Source: Candidatus Saccharimonadota bacterium
GTDB taxonomy: Bacteria; Patescibacteriota; Doudnabacteria; UBA920; O2-02-FULL-48-8
NCBI GenBank assembly: GCA_050259015.1
Contig: JBLMZV010000029.1
Span: 1-36,324 of the forward strand
Reading direction: 5' to 3'
DNA length: 36,324 bases
In this document: piece after piece, positions 18,563 to 33,411 of the stretch
How positions within the stretch are numbered: position 1 is the first letter of the stretch
Layout of the letters: each line of letters opens with the position of its first letter
The notes under the pieces: model-generated
The model's database searches: none
What the model saw: the letters and a program-made list of their open reading frames with translations, nothing else
What the model was told of the DNA's origin: nothing
Position numbers and translations under genes: made by a program

Positions 18563-21500
18563 ATGCCAAATACGGTCACAAAATCGAAAATTCTCGAGGG
18601 CCTGAACGAGCCGCAGGAGAAAGCGGTCTCGTTCGGTCCGCCAACCGGAGGAGGGCCGCTTTTGATCATCGCCGGCGCCGGCACGGGGAAAACCACGGTG
18701 CTCACCAGACGGATAGCCTGGCTCATCGAACAGGGGCTGGCCAAACCGGAAGAGATCCTGGCCCTGACCTTTACCGAAAAGGCGGCGGGGGAGATGGCCG
18801 AACGGGTTGATCTCCTGATGCCCCTCGGCTACTCCGAAATAGAAATTTCCACCTTCCATGCATTCTGCCAAAAGATCCTCACCCTGCACGCCCTGGACAT
18901 CGGGCTGCCCGGCGATTTTCGGATAATCACCGACACCCGGGCCTGGATGATGGTAAGGAACCGCCTGAATGAATTCGATCTCGATTATTACCGTCCCCTG
19001 GGAAATCCCAGTAAATTCATCCACGCCCTGCTTAAGCATTTCAATAAAGCCAAGGGGGAAGAAATCACGCCCGAAGACTACGTCAAATACGCCGAAAGCT
19101 TAAGCCTTAAGAAGGACCAGCCGGAACTTAAGCTTAAGGCCAGGAAACGGAAGAAGACGGAGGCGCAGGAGGAAGCTGCGGGTTCGGAGCCGGACGACAG
19201 CGATTCGGCCCGGATCGCCGAAGTGGCGAACGCGTACCACCGCTACCAGAAAATGCTCCTCGACAGGTCCTTCCTGGATTTCGGCGACCTGATCAATTAT
19301 ACGCTCAGGCTGTTCCGGTCGCGCCCGAAGATACTGGCGGAATACCAGCAGCGCTTCAAATACGTGCTGATCGACGAGTTTCAGGATACCGATTTCGCGC
19401 AATACGAGTTGGTGAAAATGATTTCCGCCAAGCACCGCAACGTGACCGTCGTGGGGGACGATGACCAGTCAATCTACAAATTCCGCGGCGCTTCCATCTC
19501 CAACATCATAAAATTCAAAGAGGATTATCCCGACGCCGCCGAAGTCACTCTCGTGGACAATTACCGCTCTGCCCAAAACATCCTGGACCTGTCTTACGAT
19601 TTCATCCAGCAGAATAACCCGGAGCGGCTTGAGAGCAAGCTTAAGATATCCAAAAAACTCGCCTCCCATTCCGCGGAGGCGGGAACTATCGAAGTGCTGC
19701 ACGCCAAAACCGTTTACGAAGAGGCGCGCATGGTGGCGGAAAAAATCGGAGAACTGCACCAGCAGGGATTAAGCCTTAACGAATTCGCCATCCTGGTGCG
19801 CGCCAACGACCACGCCGATCCGTTCATTTCGGAACTCAACCGGCGGGGAATCACCTACATGTTCGTGGCTAACCGGGGGCTGTACAAGAAACCGTTCGTG
19901 CTCGACCTTCTGGCTTACCTGAAGCTCCTGGACAACTACCACGAAAGCGAGAACCTTTTCCGGGTGCTCAACATGCCCAAATTCAAGATCGCGGACGAAG
20001 ATCTGATCGCCCTCTCGCACGCGGCGAAACGAAAAGCGATCTCCCTGTACGAGGCCGTCAGCACTCCCGGGATAGCCCCGGTAAAGCCGGAGACCCTCGA
20101 AAAGGCGCAGGAGCTGATCCGCCTGATCGCCAACCACACGCAGGCCGCCCGGTCCGGAAACGTGACCGAAGTCATGATCAAGATACTCAAGGAAACAGGA
20201 ATAATCGCCCAGCTGGTCGAAGATACGGCCAAGAACAGCGAAAACCGCAATGTCCTGGCGCAGTTCTACCGGAAAGCCCAGGGCTTCGAAAACGAATCGG
20301 ACGACAAAACCGTTAAGGGGTTTTTGGAACACATCAGACTGGAGCTTGAATCCGGCGATACCGGCGACCTGTCATTCGATCCGGATGCCGGTCCGGAGGC
20401 CGTGAAGATTATGACCATACACTCTTCCAAGGGCCTCGAATTCGGTTGCGTCTTTCTGGTCAACATGGTTGAGCAGCGGTTCCCGTCGCGGGAGCGCCGT
20501 GAGCAGATTGAAGTGCCGCAGGCTCTGGTCAAGGAAATCCTGTCGGAGGGCGACGTCCATCTGATGGAGGAACGACGGCTGTTTTACGTGGCGGCCACCC
20601 GCGCCAAGCGCTGGCTATATTTAACCTGGGCCGACGATTACGGGGGCGCCACCGTCAAAAAACCCTCCCGCTTCCTGATCGAAGCCGGGCTGGAGCAGCC
20701 GCTGTCGAAAAGCAAACCCTTAGGACAGGTGTTTTTCCAGGAGCAGAAGCCTTTGCCGATCGCCAACCTGTCCCCGAAAATCGATGTGCCTGACAGCTTC
20801 AGCTTTTCCCAGATTTCGACTTTCCTCAAGTGTCCTCTGGAATACAAATACAAGTATATCTTTCATCTGCCGTTTCCCGGCAGCGCCCCGCTGTCTTTCG
20901 GCACTACCGTGCACGAGACCCTAAAGAAATTTCTGGTGGCGACTGCCCAGGCCAATACCGCCCAGGCCGACCTCTTCGGCGGGAAACCCAAAGCAGGGAT
21001 CGCGGTGCCGCCCAAAGAACAGCTTTACCGCTTCTATGAGGAGTCGTGGGTGGATGACTGGTTTCCGGACAAGATGAACAAGGAAAAATACCGCAAGGAA
21101 GGATTGAAGATCCTGGAAAACTTCTACGCGAAGTTCCAGGCCTCGCCTACGCTGCCCAAGTACCTGGAGCAGCCTTTCAAGCTCAAGATCGGGGCCTATA
21201 AGTTCACCGGCAAGATTGATCGCGTGGACAAGAATCCCGACGGCACCGTCACGATCATGGATTACAAGACGGGGAAGCCGCGGGAGAAACTCGAAGCCGT
21301 GGACAAGAAGCAGCTTCTGATTTACCAGTGGGCTGCCGAAGAGTGTCTGGGGGAGAAAGTCCGCTCGCTGATCTACTGGTATCTGCAGGGTAACGACAAT
21401 ACGCTGGAATTCATCGGCAAACCCGCCGACATCCTCGATCTGCGGGATGATTTGGCCCGGACCATCGACGAGATCGTGGAAACCATCCGGACAAACGGGT

Positions 21501-21571
21501 TCTACGAAAAAGACCTCCATTCAAGGAGCCACGATTGCGAGTTTAGGGACCTCGAAAACCACCTGAATTGA
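18563..21571 (+). CDS. UvrD/PcrA-like SF1 helicase fused to a C-terminal PD-(D/E)XK nuclease (AdnA/AdnB/AddA-like)
   Basis: AGAGTGKT, DEFQD, VGDDDQSIY, TIHSSKGLEF, EERRLFYVAATRA; nuclease motifs GKIDRVD..DYKTG..QLLIY. Confidence 0.92.
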   Translation: MPNTVTKSKILEGLNEPQEKAVSFGPPTGGGPLLIIAGAGTGKTTVLTRRIAWLIEQGLAKPEEILALTFTEKAAGEMAERVDLLMPLGYSEIEISTFHAFCQKILTLHALDIGLPGDFRIITDTRAWMMVRNRLNEFDLDYYRPLGNPSKFIHALLKHFNKAKGEEITPEDYVKYAESLSLKKDQPELKLKARKRKKTEAQEEAAGSEPDDSDSARIAEVANAYHRYQKMLLDRSFLDFGDLINYTLRLFRSRPKILAEYQQRFKYVLIDEFQDTDFAQYELVKMISAKHRNVTVVGDDDQSIYKFRGASISNIIKFKEDYPDAAEVTLVDNYRSAQNILDLSYDFIQQNNPERLESKLKISKKLASHSAEAGTIEVLHAKTVYEEARMVAEKIGELHQQGLSLNEFAILVRANDHADPFISELNRRGITYMFVANRGLYKKPFVLDLLAYLKLLDNYHESENLFRVLNMPKFKIADEDLIALSHAAKRKAISLYEAVSTPGIAPVKPETLEKAQELIRLIANHTQAARSGNVTEVMIKILKETGIIAQLVEDTAKNSENRNVLAQFYRKAQGFENESDDKTVKGFLEHIRLELESGDTGDLSFDPDAGPEAVKIMTIHSSKGLEFGCVFLVNMVEQRFPSRERREQIEVPQALVKEILSEGDVHLMEERRLFYVAATRAKRWLYLTWADDYGGATVKKPSRFLIEAGLEQPLSKSKPLGQVFFQEQKPLPIANLSPKIDVPDSFSFSQISTFLKCPLEYKYKYIFHLPFPGSAPLSFGTTVHETLKKFLVATAQANTAQADLFGGKPKAGIAVPPKEQLYRFYEESWVDDWFPDKMNKEKYRKEGLKILENFYAKFQASPTLPKYLEQPFKLKIGAYKFTGKIDRVDKNPDGTVTIMDYKTGKPREKLEAVDKKQLLIYQWAAEECLGEKVRSLIYWYLQGNDNTLEFIGKPADILDLRDDLARTIDEIVETIRTNGFYEKDLHSRSHDCEFRDLENHLN

Positions 21572-21600
21572 TTGATATTTAGGGATTAATTTGGTATAAT
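21572..21600 (+). promoter_or_regulatory. Promoter of the pheS-gyrB gene string
   Basis: TTGATA-17 nt-TATAAT with extended TG. Confidence 0.75.
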
Positions 21601-21624
21601 TATAAGGGTTAAAACAGATAAAAA

Positions 21625-22008
21625 TTGCATAAAATCCTAAGATTTTACAACATCCTCCTGGGGGTTTTAATATTGGTTTCGGTCGCAGGACTTATCCTGC
21701 TCCTCAGCAAAACCAGCCCGGTTGAGAACCGGCTAAACGTCATCCTCCTGTACGCCGATATCTTCATCTTCCTGATGGCATTAAGCTCCCTGGCTTCCTT
21801 CTACCTCCGGCGGATGTTCGGCCAACGGGAGCTGGCCAATCTGCACTTCAAAATTTCGGTGCGGGAAGGCTGCCTGCTCGGCATCCTCGGGGTCCTGATC
21901 CTGCTTCTTCAGTCGAAGCGTCTCCTGACTTTGGTCAACGCCGGGTTTCTCACCGCCGCAATCATATTCTTAGAATCATTCTTGCTCGTACATGACAAAC
22001 AATCTTGA
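21625..22008 (+). CDS. Hypothetical 4-TM membrane protein
   Basis: TTG start just after the promoter; four hydrophobic segments; overlaps the pheS start. Confidence 0.7.
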   Translation: MHKILRFYNILLGVLILVSVAGLILLLSKTSPVENRLNVILLYADIFIFLMALSSLASFYLRRMFGQRELANLHFKISVREGCLLGILGVLILLLQSKRLLTLVNAGFLTAAIIFLESFLLVHDKQS

Positions 22009-23014
22009 ACAAATCAAAACCGAAATCCTAAAGGAGCTGTCTTCCGTGTCGGAGGAAAGCCAGATCGACGAACTCGTGCTCAAATACTTCGGAAGGCATC
22101 AGGGGCAGCTGACCAACGTGCTCCGGAGCCTGAAGAACCTTTCGGAAGAGGAGAGACGCTCGGTCGGCCAGGACGCGAACCGGCTCAAGGTGGAGATCTG
22201 GAAACTGATCGACGAGAAGCGGGCGAGCTTCAAACCGGCCGGCGACAGGCAGGTAGACCTGACCGCGGTGAAGGACGTACCGGAAGCCGGCCACCTGCAC
22301 CCGGTCACTCTGATCAGGAACGAAATCGAGGGGATATTCCGCGATATGGGTTTTGCCGTGGTCGCGGGCCCCGAAATCGAGACGGATTTCTATAACTTCG
22401 AGAGCCTGAACATGCCCCAGGAGCATCCGGCCCGGGACATGTGGGATACCTTTTACGTAAAAGACGAAAAGGGGAAAGCTTCGGGCAAGCGCTTGCTGCG
22501 CACTCATATCAGCCCGATGCAGGTCCGGATGATGGAAAAGCACAAACCGCCCTTTGCGATGATCTCGTCCGGGAGAGTTTTCCGCCACGAGGCCACCGAC
22601 GCCCGGCACGAGCACACCTACGATTATACGGAAGGCATGCTGGTGGGCGAGGACATCACCCTGGCCAACCTCAAGTGGACCTTGGACCGCCTGTTCAAAC
22701 GACTGTTCGGCGAAAACGTCGACATCATGTACCGTTCGTCCTACTTTCCGTTCACTGAACCGAGCCTGGAACTGCTGATGGGATGCATCTTCTGCAACAA
22801 AAAAGGTTGCTCTGTCTGCCACACCGGCTGGCTGGAGATGCTCGGAGCGGGAATGATCCATCCGAAGGTTTTCGAATTCGCGGGCTATCCCAAGAATAAG
22901 TACTCGGGGTTCGCCTTCGGCATCGGCGTTTCCCGCGTAGCCATGCTGAAGTACAACATCCCGGACATCCGCCTGCTTTACCAGAACGACCAACGCCTTC
23001 TCAATCAATTTTAA
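21992..23014 (+). CDS. pheS: Phenylalanine--tRNA ligase alpha subunit
   Basis: HPARDMWDTFY, LLRTH, YFPFTEPS, GFAFGIGVSRVAML. Confidence 0.98.
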   Translation: MTNNLEQIKTEILKELSSVSEESQIDELVLKYFGRHQGQLTNVLRSLKNLSEEERRSVGQDANRLKVEIWKLIDEKRASFKPAGDRQVDLTAVKDVPEAGHLHPVTLIRNEIEGIFRDMGFAVVAGPEIETDFYNFESLNMPQEHPARDMWDTFYVKDEKGKASGKRLLRTHISPMQVRMMEKHKPPFAMISSGRVFRHEATDARHEHTYDYTEGMLVGEDITLANLKWTLDRLFKRLFGENVDIMYRSSYFPFTEPSLELLMGCIFCNKKGCSVCHTGWLEMLGAGMIHPKVFEFAGYPKNKYSGFAFGIGVSRVAMLKYNIPDIRLLYQNDQRLLNQF

Positions 23015-23032
23015 CCATTAAATCCAAACAAA

Positions 23033-24118
23033 ATGGATCCGAATAATCTCGACCAATCAAAAGCACCGCAGGACCTGTCCTATCAGGTGATGCCGAAAGG
23101 CAGCGGCCCCTTAAGTTCACCCTCGGCTTTCGAGCCCCGCGCCACCCAGACGCCTTCCATGTCCGCTACTCCTCCGGTCGTCCCGGCGCAGGCTCCATCC
23201 GGCCCCGGCCCCATTCCGCCGTTCATGCAGCGGCAGGCGCCGCAATCCGAGCCAGAAGGCCCGATCGATAACGGGATGCTTCCGATTGAGCCGGAACACC
23301 GCTTCGGCGGCAAGATCCTCTACATCATCATCGGCATCGTTGTCCTTATCGGCTTGGGAATCGCCGCCTATCTGCTCCTTGGCGGCAAAGACAAGGACGC
23401 GAACCAGGAACAGGCGGAAACAACACTGCCGAAAGTCTGGCTGCTGAAGAATTTCGGGAGCGAGACCTGTGCCGACGCGGCCAAGTGCGGAGACAAGGCC
23501 GACCCCGATAAGGACGGCTTGAGCAATATCGACGAATTTCACGCCAGTTCCAATCCGAACGCGGACGATACCGACAGCGACGGACTGGCCGACGGCGACG
23601 AAGTCCATGTCTACAAGACCGACCCGACCATCAAGTACTACGACAAGCGGGAAGTGGCGATCAAAAACGACTACAATGACGGTTCCCAGATCGCCAACAG
23701 CTACGACCCGCTGACGCCGGGATTGAAGATGACTGCGGCCAGAAAAGAGCAGATCAGCAAGGACACCGCCACCTACGGCCTGCACGAGCCCACTCCGACC
23801 ACCCTGCAAAAGCTCGGACCGCAGACTCCTTCCGCCGCCACCAACCCCCAGTCCTACAGCGTTCATGTCCAGGCGACTTCGTTCAATCCGGCCACCATCT
23901 CGATCAACAAGGGTGATACCATCATTTGGCTGAACGACGACGTGATGAAGCACCAGATCGCGTCTGATCCTCACCCCGGGCACACCGGCATGCCGGGCCT
24001 GGTTTCTCCTGTACTCAACCAGAACCAGACTTACACCTTCCGATTCGACGCCACCGGCACCTTCCGCTACCACGACGACCTGAATCCCGCGCTCAAGGGC
24101 ACGATCGAGGTCAAATAG
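23033..24118 (+). CDS. Membrane-anchored surface protein: Pro-rich N-terminus, TM helix, DxDxDG Ca-binding (TSP3-like) repeats, C-terminal cupredoxin-like domain
   Basis: DPDKDGLSNIDE, DTDSDGLADGDE; FNPATISINKGDTIIW..HQIASDPHP..GTFRYHDDLNP. Confidence 0.8.
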   Translation: MDPNNLDQSKAPQDLSYQVMPKGSGPLSSPSAFEPRATQTPSMSATPPVVPAQAPSGPGPIPPFMQRQAPQSEPEGPIDNGMLPIEPEHRFGGKILYIIIGIVVLIGLGIAAYLLLGGKDKDANQEQAETTLPKVWLLKNFGSETCADAAKCGDKADPDKDGLSNIDEFHASSNPNADDTDSDGLADGDEVHVYKTDPTIKYYDKREVAIKNDYNDGSQIANSYDPLTPGLKMTAARKEQISKDTATYGLHEPTPTTLQKLGPQTPSAATNPQSYSVHVQATSFNPATISINKGDTIIWLNDDVMKHQIASDPHPGHTGMPGLVSPVLNQNQTYTFRFDATGTFRYHDDLNPALKGTIEVK

Positions 24119-24867
24119 ATGAACGACGACCTGCAGCTTTGGGATGAGGTCGCCGGACGGTGGGACAAAAAGGTGGCTACCGACGGCACCCTGCGGACCG
24201 TATTGTTCGAGAATTCCCTGACCGACCTTCTTGATACCGTGGAGAACCTGCACGGACTCGATGCCGGCTGCGGCAACGGCTACCTGACGGACATGCTTTC
24301 CGAAGAGGGGGCGGCGATGATCGGTATCGACGGCTCCAAAGCCATGATCGATGCAGCCATCGCGCGTTACCCCGGCCGGGATTTCCGCCAGATCGACCTG
24401 CTTAAGCCCCTGCCGTTCCCGGATGCAAGTTTCGATTTCGTCCTCTGCAGCATGGTCCTGATGCACCTGGTCCAGGTGGACACGTTCCTTTCCGAATCCA
24501 GACGCATTCTCAAAGACGGGGGACAGCTCGTGATCTCGATTTTGCATCCCTGTTTTAACCAGCCGGTCATGAAGCTTAAGCGGGGCTTGTGGTCAAAGAT
24601 TGCCGGCGGCAGGGTGGTGGGGGAAGCGTCGGATTACTTCGACCAGCCAAGCAACCGGCGTTTCGAAAGCCAGGTCGGCGAACATCTGACCCATTACCAC
24701 CGGACTCTGGAGGAATACTCCCGGAAATTCCGGGACAACGGCCTCACAATCGCCGAAATCCGCGAACCCCACGATCTGCCGGAAGAATTTCTGAGGCACC
24801 GCCCGGAACTGGAGTACGCGACCAGGCTTCCGAGATTCATTCTTTTTAAGACGATTAAACCAACCGT

Positions 24868-24871
<4 letters not shown>
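24119..24871 (+). CDS. Class I SAM-dependent methyltransferase
   Basis: LDAGCGNG, GIDGS, LPFPDASFD, RILKDGG. Confidence 0.9.
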
Positions 24872-29656
<4,785 letters not shown>

Positions 29657-29660
<4 letters not shown>

Positions 29661-30157
29661 ATCATAAAAAATCCGAAGACGCCGCCTCCAAGCTTGCCAT
29701 ACGACCGGCGAGAAACGGTTTAGGCGTTTTCTCTTTGCGCAACATCAGGACAGGAAAACCGATCGCCGCCATCACTGGCAAGAAAATCCATTGGCGGCGG
29801 CTTTTGAAAATGCCCAAGCGGGTCATAGACAACGCCTACCGGTTCGGACCGGAGACTTACCTCGTGTCAGACGGCTTTGCTGAATACGTCAACCATTCCT
29901 GCGCCCCGAACTCCCGCCTTGCCAAGATATCGGGAAAGCTTTGGCTTGTCGCGAGAAGGGATATCCGGGAAGGCGAAGAGGTGACATTCGACTATTCGAC
30001 CCAGATCGGCGCGGACGACATCTGGAAGATGCGGTGCAATTGCGGCGAGGCGGGCTGTCGGGGAACCATCCGGGCCCTGTCCGAAATCCCCGAAGAACAA
30101 TTCAGGCGTTACCGGGACGAAGACTCGGTCCCGGCGTATATCCTAAAGACTCTTTAA
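29657..30157 (+). CDS. SET domain protein (putative protein-lysine methyltransferase)
   Basis: GLGVF, YVNHSCAPN, EEVTFDY, post-SET CNCGEAGCRG. Confidence 0.92.
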
Positions 30158-30201
30158 ACCAGGTTAAGGCCTGGTTTTTTTGGACCCGAACCCCTTAAGC
30201 C

Positions 30202-30231
30202 TTGACAAAGCAATACGCCTTCTGCTACAAT
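30202..30231 (+). promoter_or_regulatory. sigma70-type promoter
   Basis: TTGACA-18 nt-TACAAT with extended TG. Confidence 0.7.
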
Positions 30232-30256
30232 CCCGGGTTAATTTTAACCCCGGATT

Positions 30257-32533
30257 ATGCGCAAACGTTATCTGCTGCTTGCCGTAATTACAGCCGCGAT
30301 CGCCGTCTTTGGCTGGTCCAGACAGACCAGCGCCCAGACGGTCTGTTTGCCGACGCCGCCGCGGGGCGCCCCCATCCTCAACCGTTGGCCGATCCAGACC
30401 AACGGTGCGGACTGCACCGATTATCCGCTGCTGGCGGTAAAGAATCAGGCCAGCGGGGATTATGTCAGCGGCGGGTCCCTCTCCGCCAACCCGGGAGACG
30501 TCCTCAAGGTCCGCTTATACGTGCATAACGGGGTCATCAACTATCCGGAAAATGTCGCTTACAACGTCCGGGTTTCCGCGAACGTTCCGGGCGGCCAGGG
30601 CAGCCAGACTATCACGGCCAGCGCCTGGGCGGACAATGCCGCGGCGGTATACAGCGGCGGAAAAGGCGGCAACGTCAACGTGAACCTGGCGCCGACCGAT
30701 TATCTGGAATACGTTTCCGGGTCGGCCTTAGTCTACGGCCGGGGTCCGGTTTTGCTCGGGTCATTCTCCGATGGTGTGGTCACGGGCGGCGCGTCTTTAG
30801 GCACCATGCCGGGCTGTTTCGAGAACCTTAGGTTCGTCACCTTTCTCGTAAGAGTGGTGCGCCACCAACCCGCTTCCGGCACCATCCGCGTCTTTTCCAA
30901 CGTCCCGACTTCCTGGGTCATCTCGGGACCAAACAACTTCTCCGGCAGCGGCACTTCCGGCAGTTACACCGCGGCCCCCAGCCCTTCCGATTACTTCATC
31001 AGCGTGCCCAACCTTTCCGGCTATCAGTCGCCGTCCGTAAGCCCTGCGCTTTCCCAGACGCTGACCGAGGGAGGCACGATCACTTACAACATTCGCTACG
31101 AACCGGTCGTGGTCCCTCATTACTTCGGGACGATTGTGGTCAATTCCAACGTTCCGACTTCCTGGGTCATTTCCGGCCCGAATAATTATTCCGGGTCCGG
31201 AACCGGTTCCGTCTACCAAAACGCGCCGGTCAGCCCGCCCGGGTACACGATCAGCGTCCCCACGCTGTCCGGCTACAACGGCCCGACCGTCACGCCCTCG
31301 GTCACGCAATCCCTTAATAACCAGGGGACGATAACATATAACATCAATTATTCCCTGATTATTTCCGGCTGCAACGATAACGCCACAGTCACCCAGGTCA
31401 GCGGGCTGCCGGCCACGCTTTTGCAGGGCCAGACCTACCAGTTCACGATCAGCGCCCGCAACTCCGGCGACACCTGGTGGTATCACGGGTCCTACTACCA
31501 GCTTCTCCAGACTTCAAGCTACGTCTTAACCCCGAGCTACGGCCATATCTCGCCGGCCATGGTGCCCGGCGATCAGCAGGATAAGGTGTTCAGCCTCACC
31601 GCGCCGAACACCGACGGGAATTATACGCTCAGCTTCCAGATGGTCCACCGCGCCGGAGCCGACTACCTCAAGCCCAACGGCTCTGTTTGCGGCGCAGCGC
31701 CCGCAAGCGACGTCTATTTCGGCAACTCCCTAAGCATCCCGTTTACGGTCAGCGGGGGAGTGACCCTGAATCCGCCGACTCTGCATCCGGCCGATAATTC
31801 GACCTGCTCGAGAATCAGGCTCAGCTGGCAGGATAACTCCGGCAACGAAACGGGATTTCGCGTGCTCCGGGCCACCGGCGGCGGGAGTTTCCAGACGATA
31901 GCCACACTGCCGGCCAATACCGTGTCTTACACCGATTCGCCGCCAGCCGGCCAGGGTTACACCTACAAAATCCAGGCCTATCTCGATTCGCCGTCTCTTA
32001 CCGCCGACTCCAACGCGGTTTCGGCGGTCAATGCCCCCTGCGTATCGGACCTGAGCCAATCCAAAAAGAAGCTGGTAAGCATCACGGAGGTCACGACCGG
32101 CAGGACATCGCCTTATACTTCTTCGAGCCTGATCCGCAGCGGCGACACGCTGACTTATCAGATCCTTCTGAGCAACCGGGGAACAGCGGCCGCTGACATC
32201 ACGAGGGTGACCGACCATCTCGAAGCCAACCTGGTCAACCCCCGCAACGCGCGGCTGGCCAAGCCCGGCGGCACAAACCCCATTTCCTTCAGCCGCTCCG
32301 GCGCGGACATAACGTTCGCCGCCGCCGGGACGCTCGATACCTCCACCAACTGGGTCATAAGTTTTGACGTGACCCTGGCTTCGCAGTCGCTCAAATCCAC
32401 GGAAACCATAAAGAACTGCGCCACCATCGATTACACCGACGGCACCCCCAAGCAGATCACGGTCTGCCACGGACCGGTCATCATCAACCGGATCGGCGGC
32501 GGGGCTCCGGTCTTCCGGGAAGTGGGCTTATAA
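30257..32533 (+). CDS. Secreted multidomain surface protein (tandem beta-rich repeats, Ig-like, fibronectin type III, DUF11-like)
   Basis: Signal peptide; S/T/G/N/P-rich; FN3 motif LSWQDNSGNETGFRV..YTD; GDTLTYQILLSNRG. Confidence 0.8.
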   Translation: MRKRYLLLAVITAAIAVFGWSRQTSAQTVCLPTPPRGAPILNRWPIQTNGADCTDYPLLAVKNQASGDYVSGGSLSANPGDVLKVRLYVHNGVINYPENVAYNVRVSANVPGGQGSQTITASAWADNAAAVYSGGKGGNVNVNLAPTDYLEYVSGSALVYGRGPVLLGSFSDGVVTGGASLGTMPGCFENLRFVTFLVRVVRHQPASGTIRVFSNVPTSWVISGPNNFSGSGTSGSYTAAPSPSDYFISVPNLSGYQSPSVSPALSQTLTEGGTITYNIRYEPVVVPHYFGTIVVNSNVPTSWVISGPNNYSGSGTGSVYQNAPVSPPGYTISVPTLSGYNGPTVTPSVTQSLNNQGTITYNINYSLIISGCNDNATVTQVSGLPATLLQGQTYQFTISARNSGDTWWYHGSYYQLLQTSSYVLTPSYGHISPAMVPGDQQDKVFSLTAPNTDGNYTLSFQMVHRAGADYLKPNGSVCGAAPASDVYFGNSLSIPFTVSGGVTLNPPTLHPADNSTCSRIRLSWQDNSGNETGFRVLRATGGGSFQTIATLPANTVSYTDSPPAGQGYTYKIQAYLDSPSLTADSNAVSAVNAPCVSDLSQSKKKLVSITEVTTGRTSPYTSSSLIRSGDTLTYQILLSNRGTAAADITRVTDHLEANLVNPRNARLAKPGGTNPISFSRSGADITFAAAGTLDTSTNWVISFDVTLASQSLKSTETIKNCATIDYTDGTPKQITVCHGPVIINRIGGGAPVFREVGL
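30878..31351 (+). repeat. Two tandem ~75-aa intragenic repeats (30878-31099 and 31127-31351)
   Basis: GTI.V.SNVPTSWVISGPNN.SGSGT...SVP.LSGY..P.V.P...Q.L...GTITYNI.Y occurs twice. Confidence 0.9.
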
Positions 32534-32548
32534 CCGGGGGTTTGGCAC

Positions 32549-32577
32549 TTGCCAAATTCCCGGATTTGTCCTACAAT
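32549..32577 (+). promoter_or_regulatory. Promoter of the secE-nusG-rplK-rplA string
   Basis: TTGCCA-17 nt-TACAAT. Confidence 0.7.
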
Positions 32578-32634
32578 AGTCTTAAATAAAGGCCCGCGGG
32601 CCTTTTAAAAAAGAGCTAAATCTAATTTACCTAA

Positions 32635-32820
32635 ATGCCCAACCCCATCCAATTCCTCAAGGAAGTCCAGTCGGAGCTTAAGAAAGTGGTCTGGCCGTCC
32701 CGTTCGGAGACCCTCAAGATCACTTTCGCCGTCATCGGCCTGTCTCTCGGCGTCGCCCTTTTCTTAGGCGTCATCGACTACGGCCTGACCAAGGGATTCG
32801 AATTTTTGATCAACCGATAG
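32635..32820 (+). CDS. secE: Preprotein translocase subunit SecE
   Basis: FLKEVQSELKKVVWP motif, single TM, upstream of nusG. Confidence 0.96.
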   Translation: MPNPIQFLKEVQSELKKVVWPSRSETLKITFAVIGLSLGVALFLGVIDYGLTKGFEFLINR

Positions 32821-32845
32821 CCTTAATTTCTATTATTTCCAACAT

Positions 32846-33391
32846 ATGGCCAGACAACAAGTCACCGGAGAAAAACACTGGTACGTGCTCCACACCTATT
32901 CCGGGTACGAAGACAGCGTAGCCTTCAACCTGCACCAGCGCATCGAATCCATGGGCATGGAAGACAAGATCTTCAACGTCTTGGTGCCCAAGGAGAAGAA
33001 AATCAAGATCAAGGACGGCAAGCGCATGACGCTCGAGGAAAAGATCTTCCCCGGATACGTTCTGGTGGAGATGATCGTGACCGACGATTCCTGGTATGTG
33101 GTCCGGAACACCCCCAACGTCACCGGGTTCGTGGGATCCGGCACCATTCCGACCCCGATTTCCGACCTGGAAATCACTTCGCTGCAAAAACGCATGGGCG
33201 TCGAGGAGCCGAAGTATAAGATCGACGTGAAGGAGAACGACCTCGTCCGCATAATGGACGGACCTTTCAAGGATTACGAAGGCAAGGTGGGCGAAATCGA
33301 TGAAGCAAAAGGCAAGATCAAGGTCCTGGTTTCGATCTTCGGCCGCGAGACTCCGCTCGAACTCGACTTTTTGCAGATCAAAAAAATATAG
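32846..33391 (+). CDS. nusG: Transcription termination/antitermination factor NusG
   Basis: WYVLHTYSGYE, FPGYVLV, VRNTPNVTGFVG, KOW domain, IFGRETP. Confidence 0.98.
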   Translation: MARQQVTGEKHWYVLHTYSGYEDSVAFNLHQRIESMGMEDKIFNVLVPKEKKIKIKDGKRMTLEEKIFPGYVLVEMIVTDDSWYVVRNTPNVTGFVGSGTIPTPISDLEITSLQKRMGVEEPKYKIDVKENDLVRIMDGPFKDYEGKVGEIDEAKGKIKVLVSIFGRETPLELDFLQIKKI

Positions 33392-33411
33392 TCTAATTAA
33401 TCGTCAAACAT

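Noticed and set aside
18116-18569. Short minus-strand ORFs across the SDR-helicase intergenic region
   Set aside because: The region is better explained by a + strand structured RNA with its own promoter and terminator.
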